A DNA stretch of 64,000 bases from Phoronis australis. Taxonomy: Eukaryota; Animalia; Phoronida. Position 1 is the first letter of the stretch. The number at the start of each line of letters is the position of its first letter. The stretch spans positions 453,711-517,710 of the forward strand of contig NMRA01000128.1 of the NCBI GenBank assembly GCA_002633005.1, written 5' to 3'. Shown here one piece after another: positions 27,233-39,800 of this stretch. The position numbers were made by a program, and so were the translations under genes. The notes beneath the pieces are model-generated. The model worked only from the letters and a program-made list of their open reading frames with translations, did no database searches and was not told where the DNA came from.

Positions 27233-28795
27233 GCTTATATAGACAGCGTGCTTTTTGTTTGCTATGTTCCTTATGTATATTCCTTAGTTTTTATCTATTC
27301 ATGTTAGCCTTATATTCCTCTGGGTTTCAGTTACTATGATTTCGACACCTTGTTGTGTCGATCTATAATTTTGTTTTGTTTTGTCATGCTGCCTAGCTGT
27401 ACCACTCCATGTTCGTATATTCCTATTTACATGCTTACTTTTGCCCTCTTTTTCTTATGGCCCTTTTGGCAGCCTCGCTCGCTCTCTCTTGGGTGGGCGG
27501 ATGCATCTTTCTGCTGCATCTGTGGCAGATTGTCACACACCTTTACAGTTCAACATATGTAACTTTTGTAATTACCGATATCTGTAGTAGTTTAGTTTGT
27601 CATAATATATATGACCTTTTATCTCATCTACACGTGTTGTTTACTGTAAACTAGCTTCGGTATCGCTTCGCAGTTAGCGCATATAAAAGCTAATAGTTGT
27701 GTAGTAACTGCAACCGAAATAGTCCAGAGATTCCAAATCTTCAGTTTGGCTGTCACCACATTCGTACTTTTGTATCTATGTTATAAAGATTGAACTTGAA
27801 CTAATGATATCTGTAGTTTTGTTTGCTGTGAAATGTTTACTGTACCTGTAAAGATCCAGGGATGGGTTTACAATGAACTGATTTCTAAGTTTCGCTGGTG
27901 ATCAAACTCTACGCCACTGTTTTGGTACATTAAACTTAAAACTAAAATAAAAAGACAAAAACCCGTTCCCGCCCGGCAAAAAAACAAGTAGACTGAGGTA
28001 TTAAAATATATAACAAAAACCGGTATGAAACATGTTTTTAAACATTGGTTTTAAAAAACCAATGTTCCTTTGAGGAGTGGCCCTTTGCCAACTAAGATAA
28101 ACAAAAATATAATTTACCGTTTTTAGTCCTTATGTAATACTTAAATGAACCAAGTTAAGATCACTCTCTATTGCAGGCTGTGATTATGTGCAAATGTTAG
28201 AGCAATCCAACTTGGGTGTAATAAGAACCATCATTGTTGAGAAAGTAGTGCTAGCGATCACTTTTTCAAAGCTTAGATGTAGATGAATACAAAGGGCGTG
28301 CTGACTAATAAAAGTTGCCTGGGGCAAAGGGAATTTTAGCGGAGATCAGTGTAAGCGAAAAATTCTACACATGTTTATTTCTAACCAAAATTACTGGTTT
28401 ATACATTTTGAAAATTCGCCAGTGTGTACAGGCACATAACTGGGCCTTGCTCGCACTGGACAATGCGGTCGTCACAACTGTGTCCGACTTAGGCCCCGCT
28501 CTCTTTGATCCTGGGGAAAGCCGCTGAGAAAGAGCAGCGGTGAAAATTCCCGCATATTTTTAGAAATGGGTTTTTTCCTTGTAAGCGCATTATTCACGGC
28601 ATAGTTAGTTATTTGTACCATTGACGTAAATCTATGTTTGTACAAACAAGGTAGAAAATAGGTCAAATGTGTTGTTTACATTGTATGTAAGGTTGTTGGT
28701 TTAGGTTTGGGTACCTTTGCATTTATTGTAAGCATACGCCATTTTCTTCAATATAACGACGGCTAGGATGAAGAGAGTAGATCGTTTTCTGAAGA

Positions 28796-29129
28796 ATGGA
28801 TGCAGAAGGTAAACGTCGACTTCAGTTAAACCACGACTACCTTATAAAGAATCTTAGCGACGTGCATGACATTGCAATAGGCATAGTTTCCAAAACGGGC
28901 ACTCGTGATCTCGACAAAATTTTAGGCATCCAAAGCGAGGACCGTGAAACATTTTTGGAATGCTTGCAGAAGATAAAAGGCGGTTATGGAGCTTTCTGTG
29001 AGAGTTTAGAAGAACGAAACTTCGGTTGGATAGTGCAAAAATTGAACGAGACAGACATCAGTGAAGACGGCCAAACTGTACCAGCAGAAACTCCTTTGAA
29101 TAGAAGCTTGTCATTACTTGAGTCCAAAC
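28796..29129 (+). CDS. NLR-like/STAND receptor copy 2, coding exon 1: CARD-like domain
   Basis: Paralog of 12499-12832 with the same 334-nt length and the same C|GTAAGT phase-1 donor at 29130. Confidence 0.8.
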
Positions 29130-30037
29130 GTAAGTAGACCTATTATGGGGAGTTAAACACAATACTTCACTGTTTAACAGCTGGAAGATTAATGTTTGTG
29201 TGTTTTTGCCTGTCTATGCGCCTTTGTCAATATGTTGGCCATCGGTTTTGAACTGTTTTTCCTCCCGTTTTTCTGTCCAAAGACCAATATTGAAATCAGG
29301 CCACTTGTCAAAACAAAATCGGGCTGCCGCAAAACATTATCTTATGGAATTGAAGCAGTGAGTTCAAACTCATAATTCAAAATTCCTGTCTCGCCAATCT
29401 ATACTGTAACACTAGTCCACGGTTTCGTGCACTATCTTGAATATTCGAAACCGTGGACTGGCGTATCCCATAAGCTGTCATGTATCTCATTCGGTGTATC
29501 ACTTCACACCAATTTGCTGGGATAAGCTATTAAGATACCTAGCATACATGTAGCCATCTCCGTTGCCAAGTAAAACAACCAGGATAGCGTTCCGTAGACC
29601 AACGAATCTCGCGAGTAAAACTAATCTGGTCACGTGTAACGCTTGCAATGCATGATGGTATCTCACGAAGTCTTGTGTGACCTTGCATTTTTGCGAGATT
29701 CTTTCGTTTAAGAATTGTAGCCCAGAGCATTTCGAGTCAAACGTACCCCAGAAAAGTGAATGGCTCGACCGCTCCAATTTAAACACGGATCTTCCATCAA
29801 TTGCCCAACGATGCGTTGTCCTATCATTTCTGCTTTGTGTGCCGAATTCTGAGATTGTTTGGAAATGACATCATCGGCTTTTCCGTCCTGGAATGATGTG
29901 TTAGTGGAAATTATGTGTTTATTATCCTACTGCATGTTTAATAAACATTATACTCATAAAGATGGGAAAACTATTCAGTAGTTAAAAAATTGAGAAAAGT
30001 CCGAGAGTATAGATATACCTTTTCATTCTTTTTTCAG

Positions 30038-32136
30038 GAAAGTACTTCCCTAGAAAAAACGAAAATTTTACTGGCCGAGAAAGGGAGCTTCATCGTCTAC
30101 ATGATGAATTTCACAACTCATCTGCGAAATCTGCAAAACGTCGCTCTCACGGAACCAGTCGACAAGTGATGAGGATTCATGGATTAGGGGGTGTTGGTAA
30201 ATCCCAAATTGCTATTGAGTATATTCATCGTCACCAAGACGAATATCGTCTTATTAGATGGATTCGCTCAGGACCGCATTCAATTAGAAACTCCATCATT
30301 AAATTTGCAAAAGATCTTGAGGTTAATGTTGAGGAAGTAGTTGACGACAAGGATATTGCTCTTAAAATATCAGATGTTTTATTCACTTATGATTCTTGGC
30401 TTCTGGTGTTCGATTACGTAGTGTCGAATGATGATATTAAACCATTCATGCCCGACCTGGACCGTCTTAAAGAAGGTCAAAATATCATCATTACTTCGGT
30501 TACTCCTCTAGGTACAACTAGTTGCCTCGAAGTGAAGACATTTACGGAGGAAGAAGCCTATGAATATGTGTCCAGTCGTCTTCCCCATATTGCAAATTCT
30601 GACTACAAAAATGTCGAAACAGTTAAAAACCTCACGAAACAGCTTGGTAACTTGCCCCTTGCCTTGTCACAGGCTATTGCATTCATTAAGTTTTGCTCAT
30701 GCAACATTGACAAGTATATAAAAATCCTGAGCACCAGTCACGAGTTGCTAGACAAGAATGTCCACTTTGAAAATCATGCCAAAAAGTCTGTGTATTTCAC
30801 CCTTATGACTTCCATTCGGAAAATCCTCGATGATCAAAGTTCTTCCATTGGTGAACAAGCAGACACGTTACTGAAATGCATATCTTTGTTGGATTCAGAA
30901 GATATTCCTTTAAGTTTGTTTGAAGAGGATGGATTTTTTTCAGGGGACATTTTGAATAAATCTGTAGCAAAGTTGCGGGAATATTCTTTGATCAGTAGCC
31001 AACGACCGGGCACCGTGCGTATTCACAAACTTGTCCAAAGAGTTGTTCAAGAGTACTTATACAAGTTTGAACAACCAAGTGAAGTTGAACAGATTGGTCT
31101 CCGCCTAAAAGCACTCAAACGTCTACCAACGATGTTCAAGAAGAAGTTGCCACGAGACTGCTCGTGTATTGGTTGGAGGAATGTCAACAGAGATGTCCTT
31201 GACACGTTGCAATCTCTGCTTCCGCACGCCAAGTCTCTACTTTGGCATATTGACCAGGAACTCGAGGGTCTAAACGAATTGACGCTGCCATCTGAAGACC
31301 AACGTACAGATGTGCGTAAGCAACAGGATGACCTAATTCAGTGTAAGGACACGATGCTCTTTTTCATTGGATTTTCATATTACTTTCTCCGTGACGCGCT
31401 TGAGGCTGCCAGTGCATTTAAAGACCTTGTTCAAGTGCGCTCAGAAACGGGAAAAGGTGACGATGTGAAAAAGGTCGAGGCGTTGGAGATGTTGGGAATC
31501 TGCAACCGACTGTCTCGCAATCACGAAGATTCGGTTGGAAATTTAACAAAAGCTTTGGACATTCTTAACAACTTACAGACCAGTAATCACGACCAATTGA
31601 GAATTGCCATTATGACGGCTCTTGGCAAAACGCGTTACATAAAGGGCGAGTACCAAGAATCCTGTCAACTTTTAGAAGAGGCACTGAATCTGCAATCCAG
31701 TTTTAGTAAAACATGCCCCGAGAAGAAAAGAGATGTGTCCTGCTGCCTGTTGTCCTATATTCTCCCTAAGCTTGGTAGCGCTTACCTAGGCGCGGGGAAG
31801 TTACCCGAGGCGAGGGTAAAGTTTGAGAAATGCTTAGAGGTGAGACAGAAGCTGTATTACGAAGGACATATTCTTCTTGCAGCATCGAGGTTCTGTTTGG
31901 GAAAGGTGCAACTTCTTTCTAATGACTTTGAGAATGCCCAAGAGTCATTCCAGTTTTGTCTCGAATGTGCTGAATCTAACTACGGCAAACAGCACTCCTT
32001 TGTTGGCAAAGTAAATGCAATTATTGGCAAGTGTTGTATACTGCAAGAAAAATACCCTGATGCGTGCAAATCTTTGACCACAGCATTAAAAATCTTAGCA
32101 TGGAGTTATGGCGAGATGTCNAGGATTACTGATTGA
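30038..32136 (+). CDS. NLR-like/STAND receptor copy 2, coding exon 2: NB-ARC plus TPR (3' end interrupted at an assembly N)
   Basis: Acceptor ttcttttttcAG at 30037 is in frame with exon 1 (C+GA=Arg, then KYFPRKNENF). All NB-ARC motifs are intact. At the N at 32121, 172 bp present in copy 1 (20041-20212) are missing, so the true stop is uncertain. Confidence 0.88.
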
Positions 32137-34023
32137 TTTTCATAGCATCTGGTGATTTTCGAACGAACCGAACTAAATATTCGCTGTGTGTGGTAATTTG
32201 TTTTTTGCGTCAGTCATCTGCCTTTCACAAAACTGCGCGTACGATATTGAAAATGTCATCATGTGGATTTGTTTCGATGATGGCTTGCAGAAACAATTGG
32301 AAGAACTCGACTAGTTCTGGGCCTGCCGCAGTTTTATTTTGTTTACGCGGCTCTTTATCTTCCAAATGACATAATATGTCTTAATGAAACCCAGCAAATT
32401 TGTTTATAATCTTAAGAAAATGACACCTACATATTTCAGGACTATTCTGAAACTGTGTTGCGTTTCCTAGGGACTACTGGCATTTCATTTGTTTTGCACC
32501 CATCTCTTTATCTGCGAAACGGTTCAGTTAAGTTCGACAAATGTTTATAACACAAAGGACGGCAAGCGGAACCTCCAGTTTCGAACGGCTAGTGTTGTGC
32601 TCCATAGAGACATTTTAAATTTTTCAATTCTTTATTGGAAATAATGAAAACCATTCAAGAATTTGAGATTGAACTTTTATCTTGTTTTTTTTTTGATTTG
32701 ACTTAAATACGGTAACAATATTTTGCTTGAGAAGTGCCCATACACCGTTTGCAGTGCTTGAACGTTGGCTTATTTAAGCGTTTAGCGTTGATCTTGTTGA
32801 AAATAGATTTAATCTTTTGCTTCAAGTGTAACACCTGTAACTGTAATGTAAGACGCCGGTCATGAGAAGTATTGAGTAGATTGCGTGATAAAAAAATTTG
32901 AGTCTACCAAAGTTGTGTTCTGCTGTCTGATGGCAGAAATTATTAATTTCATGTTTGTTTTGTGGCTTCGTGACATGAGACAAGAACCGTTTTAAATATT
33001 ACTATATGTTAAAATGCGACCTCTGGTGGCGCTGCTATATGTGCATTGTGTTTTTTTTAAATATTAGTGTCTTTTGTTATTGTTCGTTACACCTTGGCTA
33101 CTACGACGCCGATGCGCTATCGTGTCGGCGATGGCAGTGATCTAGAATACAATTTCCTTTGCAACTCTTTCTTTATTCTCTTGCATTTAACCAATTAAAC
33201 CCGTGCGCTATACCAAGCAAGGTGGGGCGACTGTTTTATTAAGTGATACCATGTCAAATTTTACGACTACCGGAAATGCCGCCGGTTCCTAAAAAACGAT
33301 AAAAATCACACCAAATTACCAGTATTCACCCCAATGCCACTATTTGCATGCGATTACTGCGAACTGAGGGACAGTGCATTCCGACTAACAAAACTATCCA
33401 GAATGCAGGAATCAAGTGAAATGTGGGTGTCGACCAGCCAGATCTTTTACAAATCCAAAGTGTCTGAAGTAATTTTCTGCGAAATTTCATCTTCCCGCTA
33501 GCAAGCAGTAATGGTTCAGGTAACTATGAACTTTGTTTACGAGGTTATATTCATGCGCAAATGTCTTAAATTCTGTTAGATCTAACCCCTACAAAGTATA
33601 TTCTGAAAGGTGTATAAATTTCCTAACAAAATTTATTATTCTTGTTTACCTGTCTTTATTTTGTCACGAGACATGTGTTTGTTAGTAGTTTTCGTTACTT
33701 TAAGTAGAGATATTTGTCTTTTGTGAACATGTTGATAACGGCATTTTCGAGGGAAATGGGTCTTATTTTTCTAATTATTGACTTTTTAGAGCATTTTGAC
33801 CCAAAGCAGTCGCTCTCGTGATTTTTGAAGTCTTTGTTCCGAAAAACTAGGGGAAACAATATTTTTAAAATCCCTGTTCAAAGTAAAAAAAAATAACTGA
33901 AAAACTCATATTTCGTGACAAAATAAAGACAAGTAAACAAGAAGAGTACTAAGTGTTATTATGAAACTTATTCACTTTTCAGGAAATATATTCTTTATAG
34001 GGGTTAGAGCCAGCGGAATTTAA

Positions 34024-34572
34024 GTACTAGTCCACGAGAGCACCAGCCATGAGCTGCAAGGTGGGGGTCAGCCGATTTTCACCAAATATGGCACATAGGT
34101 AGTCCTATGGGATCTATAAACAGCGGTAAAATATTTCCTCAAAATATTGCGTTTTTCTAAAGTTATAGGCTCAAACACATTTTACGGCTTCGCAGCCATG
34201 TTTTCACGGTATAAAAACTGTTCAGTTTTAACTGTTCATATTTTTCCTTGAATGAAAGCGACTGATTTATTATTCACTTGGCTTTGTTTAGTGGTGCCTG
34301 TAGATTGTTACACAGATGTCTTGAAACACGATTCCGATTTACCACCCTCATTTAGTAGTTTTACTACACTGCCCCCCGTTATGCCATTTTGAGGTTGTGT
34401 TCAGTATACTGCTGTACTAAATCTGCCCCCACTGTTATGAGAATGAAACTTAGCCAAAATGTTGACAAAACATGTTACTTTCATTTCATAAAATAAAAAC
34501 TTTGTCAGCCAGTTTATTAGTTATATATTTTGGCACCTCAAATGTACTAAAATGAGAAATTNGAACTGATAC
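34024..34572. mobile_element. TTAA-target insertion specific to duplication unit 2
   Basis: Absent at the equivalent site in unit 1 (ggaatTTAAgatattt, about 22125-22140). TTAA duplicated at 34020-34023 and 34573-34576. Short imperfect TIR GTACTAGTCC / GAACTGATAC; contains an N. Confidence 0.75.
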
Positions 34573-36886
34573 TTAAGATATTTGCACATAAGTACAACTT
34601 GGTAATTAAGGTTCAAAGCCACTACTGAGCGAAAAGGGGTCAACAACTGGCAATCTTTCTGTTGTAGCCTTTACATACAACACAACACTTAAAATGCCCA
34701 GACAAGCCAGAAGTCGCCATTTTTAAGGAAATTGCCAATCTTTAACTCAAAACAGACTAAAAAATCAAGCAAATGCCATTCATAGCATTCAAAGCAGCAC
34801 AAAACTTAAAATGTCCAGAAAATCCAACAGACGGCAATTTTTAATGCATTTAGAAAAGGCAAATTCAACCGTGGCTCAACATGACCATTGAATGGGTCCT
34901 AACAGCAATGCGAGCAACAGGTCGACACACTTAGTTCACCAGGTGGGCGACACAAACAACATGGATGAAGGCATAGGGGAGATGGAGTGGCAAGGATGGA
35001 GCAGCAACCGTTATTGACTTTCCTATCTGCACCACTGGAACTTACTAAGGTCATATATCGAAAGTAGGAGGGCGACGATGTAATCAGATGGGATTTTCAT
35101 GTCAAATTCCCAAAGGAATTGGTGATTTTTTCGAATAAAAGCGAAGCATAATTAGTAACTGTAAAATAAGATCAATATCTGGAACGGAACAAACAGAGTT
35201 TGTTTAGTTTTGTTTGTAATTCAAATTTAATTATTTTTTAAAAAAAATATAATCTTTTGGGCACTGAATTTCACAGAGGCACTCTTGATTCAAAATTGTG
35301 GAGTGCTACTTGTCAATCACACCAAAACCTCCAGAATAGATTTAACAATAGAAAACGAACCACGGGGAAGGCTCGCCCATAGTAGGGGGTGACTGGGACG
35401 TGATACAGTATGATAATATTTTCCCTCTCCGGTATCGTGAAATAATCCAAGATAGTGCATTCAAAATGGTGGCGTGTCTTGCTCGGACCAAGCACCTGTT
35501 TGAGTTTCCGAGAAACATTCTTGTTATACGATAATGCAGGTGATCCACATTCACTTTTCAAGTGGATTCTGTTTTTATAATTGAAGATAGAAACAACATG
35601 ACATGAAAATGGCGTTTATATAAGTTACCCCTATCGTTCCTCAATGTATCCATGCAGCCCATTACCATAATCTTTGTGTTCTCAAACCTTTATTCAGTGG
35701 AAGTAATTGCATGCCGATTATGCAGAAGCAGTTCAACTCTGACACCTGTAGGCTTAGAGCTGCCAAAAGTAAAACTTTCCAGCCTGGGAACAATCTGAAC
35801 TAGACTCTTGCGTAAACGCGGATGGTGCTTAATGAGCAGCATTTCAGTACTTTCAGTATTTTTGCGATAAGTTCGGGTGGCCCTCAATTTTTCAAAATTA
35901 TCGTGTAAATAAAGTACACTTTTTCATAGGAGATAAAAACAACAACATATTTGTTCTTTCATAATTTTATTCGCACAAGAGTTCTCCGCCTATATATTTA
36001 ATATCTGTTTATGGTTTTGTACCAAAGCAAGGAATCGTTTAGTTTATGCACAATCAGGTAGGTTCCGGCGGCCAGCTTCAAATTGACTGACAAACTGATT
36101 CTAATATCTTCTTTGGCCAATCAACATGATGAATTCATTTTCACCTTTGCCTGTTTGCTATTGAGCAGCATGATGGAATGAATGCAGACATCTGACCGAA
36201 GTACTATGTGCAGACAACAGTTTGTTTTCGTATCCGAACCAAATCACTAAACTTATTTATATTACATAATTGGTTGATAATCACAAAGATCTGTCCTCTA
36301 CACCCTAATTTCTAAAATTACCTGCGCACCTTATGCTACTGATGTTTAATTTCCTCCAGACTCTAAACTTAAAACGGACAGAATAAACAAGATTGTACTC
36401 AATCACACAAATATCTCAACTTTTCCGTACCATGATAGAAAATAAGTTTCCAAATAGATTATCAAGACATCCTATGGCAAGTTAAGAAAAATGTATGAAA
36501 GCCACAACTTTTGAAAGGGCTGGCGGCTAAACTTTCTTAAGTTTGGCTGTTTCATGTTAATCGTTGACTGTCATAGATGGCAGACAACACCGACTAGATT
36601 GGCGAGGAACTTTTGAGACCAGTTGGTCTGCGGTAACTAACCTATTTTATGATTTTCATGTTAAGGCCGTCAGCTGTGATCGATGAAATAGCACAGTGGG
36701 ATAATATTTAGACCTCAGTGGGTCTCCGGAAGTCATAACATGCCACGAGGCATGTCGGCTGGTCGCCACTCATGAGTGTGGTGGGCACTACAAACACAAT
36801 AAAACCAAAGCACACATTAAATAAATCCTGCCATATTTCATGTCGAATTTCATTTGGTTTTAGTTGCAGCTTTTCATAATAAGGAT

Positions 36887-39800
36887 CTAAGGCACTCTTG
36901 ACAATTCATAAGACTCGCAGTAATTGCCTGCTCGACGACTTCCAAAACAAGCCTGAATGAGCTGCAGCGCTGCATTCACGGTTCGCTCGTGGTCCTCCTT
37001 CGAGTTGCCTAAGACCGTGTTCACTTCCACGAGATCTACAGCCGAGAGCAATCCTGCGAAAGATGACCAAAGAAAGACTAATGTGAAATTGAACGACTGA
37101 GCGCAATATCTCAAAGTTGTCATTTGCCTATCTTTGTCCAAAACGCACGCGACATCACCAATCACACCAATGAGTTCATTTGCTGTTCCGCACTCTATCT
37201 TACGTTCAAAATGACTTCTCTCTTGTCACGTATTTTCGGCGAAAAGTAAGAAGAGCAATAAATGATCATTTATCAGAAAGGGCCTCAGATATTTAATTAA
37301 AATGATAGGTATGGTCTCTTAGTGCCTGGATTACCTGTCAATGCCAGCTCCTCACATATGACTGTACCCTCTCTCAGAGTGAGACCACCGGCTACTGGCG
37401 TGCCAGTACAGGGTGCCTCAGAGGACGATAATGCGTCGATGTCGAAACTCAGGTGGATTGGTCGATCCATTCTGCAAAAGACAATTATTCAACATGACGA
37501 ATTATCGAGGTAATGATTTTCGATTATAAATCGTTAGGTTTTTGATTTATTCTTCAATTGTATTTTATATCTGTGAAGAAGGGAAAACTGAGACGGTTCG
37601 TAAAACACGTGCGATTTATTGAAATATTGAGATAACACTGAAAGCAAGTAAAAACTACAGAACGCTATAAATAATATGACGAAAGGAAACTTGGAACAAA
37701 CTGATTGGAAGAATATTAGAAACGTAAGAAAGAAAATCCGGGAAAACATAATGGTAACTCATATCGCAAAGTGAACGTGAAACCTGAACAAGAAAACAAT
37801 GTTAACGTCATGGCAATATCTTCAGTTTGAACATAGATTATAGACATTTACTATAGTCTATGGTTTGAATAAGTAATCGTTTTGTACCTCTGATTACAGT
37901 TATCATTTTCACTCTACATTTTACCCTGGATTTATCAGCTCCAGAGATCTTTTGACGCAATAATGGATTCCGAATTTGTCCACCTCGTGCATGGAGAAAT
38001 ATGGAATCTCAAACTTGTTCAGAATGCAGGCCTCGCCTGGGTCCACGTCTCGGATACCAATGTAAGCCAAGCTTTTGGTGCTTAATCTGTAAAGAAAAAA
38101 AAAAAACAATCACCACTTTTTAAAATACCTTCGAAACACTTGATGCAAAAAGTTTATGCCTATTCGCAAATCTGAGCTAACACACCATGGCTTGGCCTAG
38201 TGGTGTCATTTAAGTATATCGGTACTCTTTAGGCACAAAACAAGTTGGAAAAATAGACAGGCAGACAGTCAGGCAGATAGATAAGGAGAGAGATAGAAAG
38301 GAAGATGGAGAGAAAGGGGGAGAGACAGATAGGGGGATAGATAGATAGGGACATAGACAGACAGGGGGATAGATAGATATAGAAATAGTTAGCCAGTTAG
38401 ATAGGGAGGTAGACAGATAGGGAGATAGATAGATAGATACAGAGATAGATAACCAGATGGATGGACGGATAGATAAATAATTTAAAACAGGGAAAACAAA
38501 AGCGAGGACTAGTTGTCGCAGAAGTGTAATCATCTGCTTACACGGTGTTCACCCATTCAAATCCCGGAAGTCCTGGGACGAAGTCTTTTAATTCATGAAG
38601 CAAGAACGACACGGGCATCCCATGAATATTGCCGCTGGTTGACGTCAACGGTGTGTTGATATCAGCATGCGCGTCGATCCATACAACGCAAGCATCTGGC
38701 TTTGCTTGCAGGTGGCCATGTATACTTCCTATTGCCAGGGAGTGGTCACCGCCAAGAGTTAGAGCAATTTGACCTGACGAAATTGTTTCGAATACTCTTT
38801 TTGAAAGCTGAAAAAAAGAAGTGCCCCTGAATAGTACAATACAAGTCTGTCAACCCTTTCATACCTTGTCTGAAATAGCTGAAATGGAGCGAAATTTTCA
38901 AATTGACTGGCATCTCACAACTTTGAATTATACATTACTGTTGTTCGAGTGTACTTTTTGGAATCGAATGATTCTTTGACTTTTCTGCTGTATTAACTCT
39001 CTAACAAAAGGAAAACATAAAATGTTTTTCTAGAATAAACATGTAATATTCAAAATGCTCTTAGAATATCTTACGAGTGCATTTCGATAACTGACAAATA
39101 GCATACGAGATCTCATTGCCGGAGTTTCTCTTGTCGTTCTTCTGAAATTTGGCAGGCTCACTGTGAGCAAGATCATGATAACTGTTAAATCCTGACAAAT
39201 GAAACTTAAACTTGACAATTACGTCTATATATGAGAGGCAGGAAGAGAGGATGGGACTCAACCTCAAAATCTGGATCTGATGTGATATGTTGTCTGAGCA
39301 AATTGAAGTTAAGTTCCAGCGGCAGTTAGAGCGCTTTTATGCGATTTGTGACGTTCTTAATTTGAATAGCCCCCGACTCATTTGAAAGCCAATGGGGTCC
39401 TTCTGGCGGCAATCTAAGTATCAAGGCCTCATACGCAGTACATTTCAGTTGAACAAGTTTATAACGAAATAAATTCACTCAGTATTAATAGATACTTTCG
39501 AAGTGTATTCTATATCATTCCTGTGCTCTGCACTTGACGTAGGTCAGAATTTTAGATTTTATGTGGTGAGCTGTCAGAGTGCTTCAATTCCTGTCTAGAT
39601 GTAAACTTACAGCCAGGATGCAGTCCGGCAGAATGCTCACTGAACAAGACTAGAAAGAATTCATCAAAATAGAACAAATATCTTAAACACTAATTTAATT
39701 TTTGGTGAACAAACAGACTTATTTAGGACCATATCGAAAAGTGGGTGCATTTAGCCAAATTTATTAAAAAACTAGAGATTTAAACTTGGTAAAAGTTTAT

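Larger units (their letters stand above)
28600..39560 (+). repeat. Segmental duplication unit 2
   Basis: Partner of 12290-26280. Homology ends inside arginase intron 3 (about 39560 vs about 26280). Confidence 0.88.
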
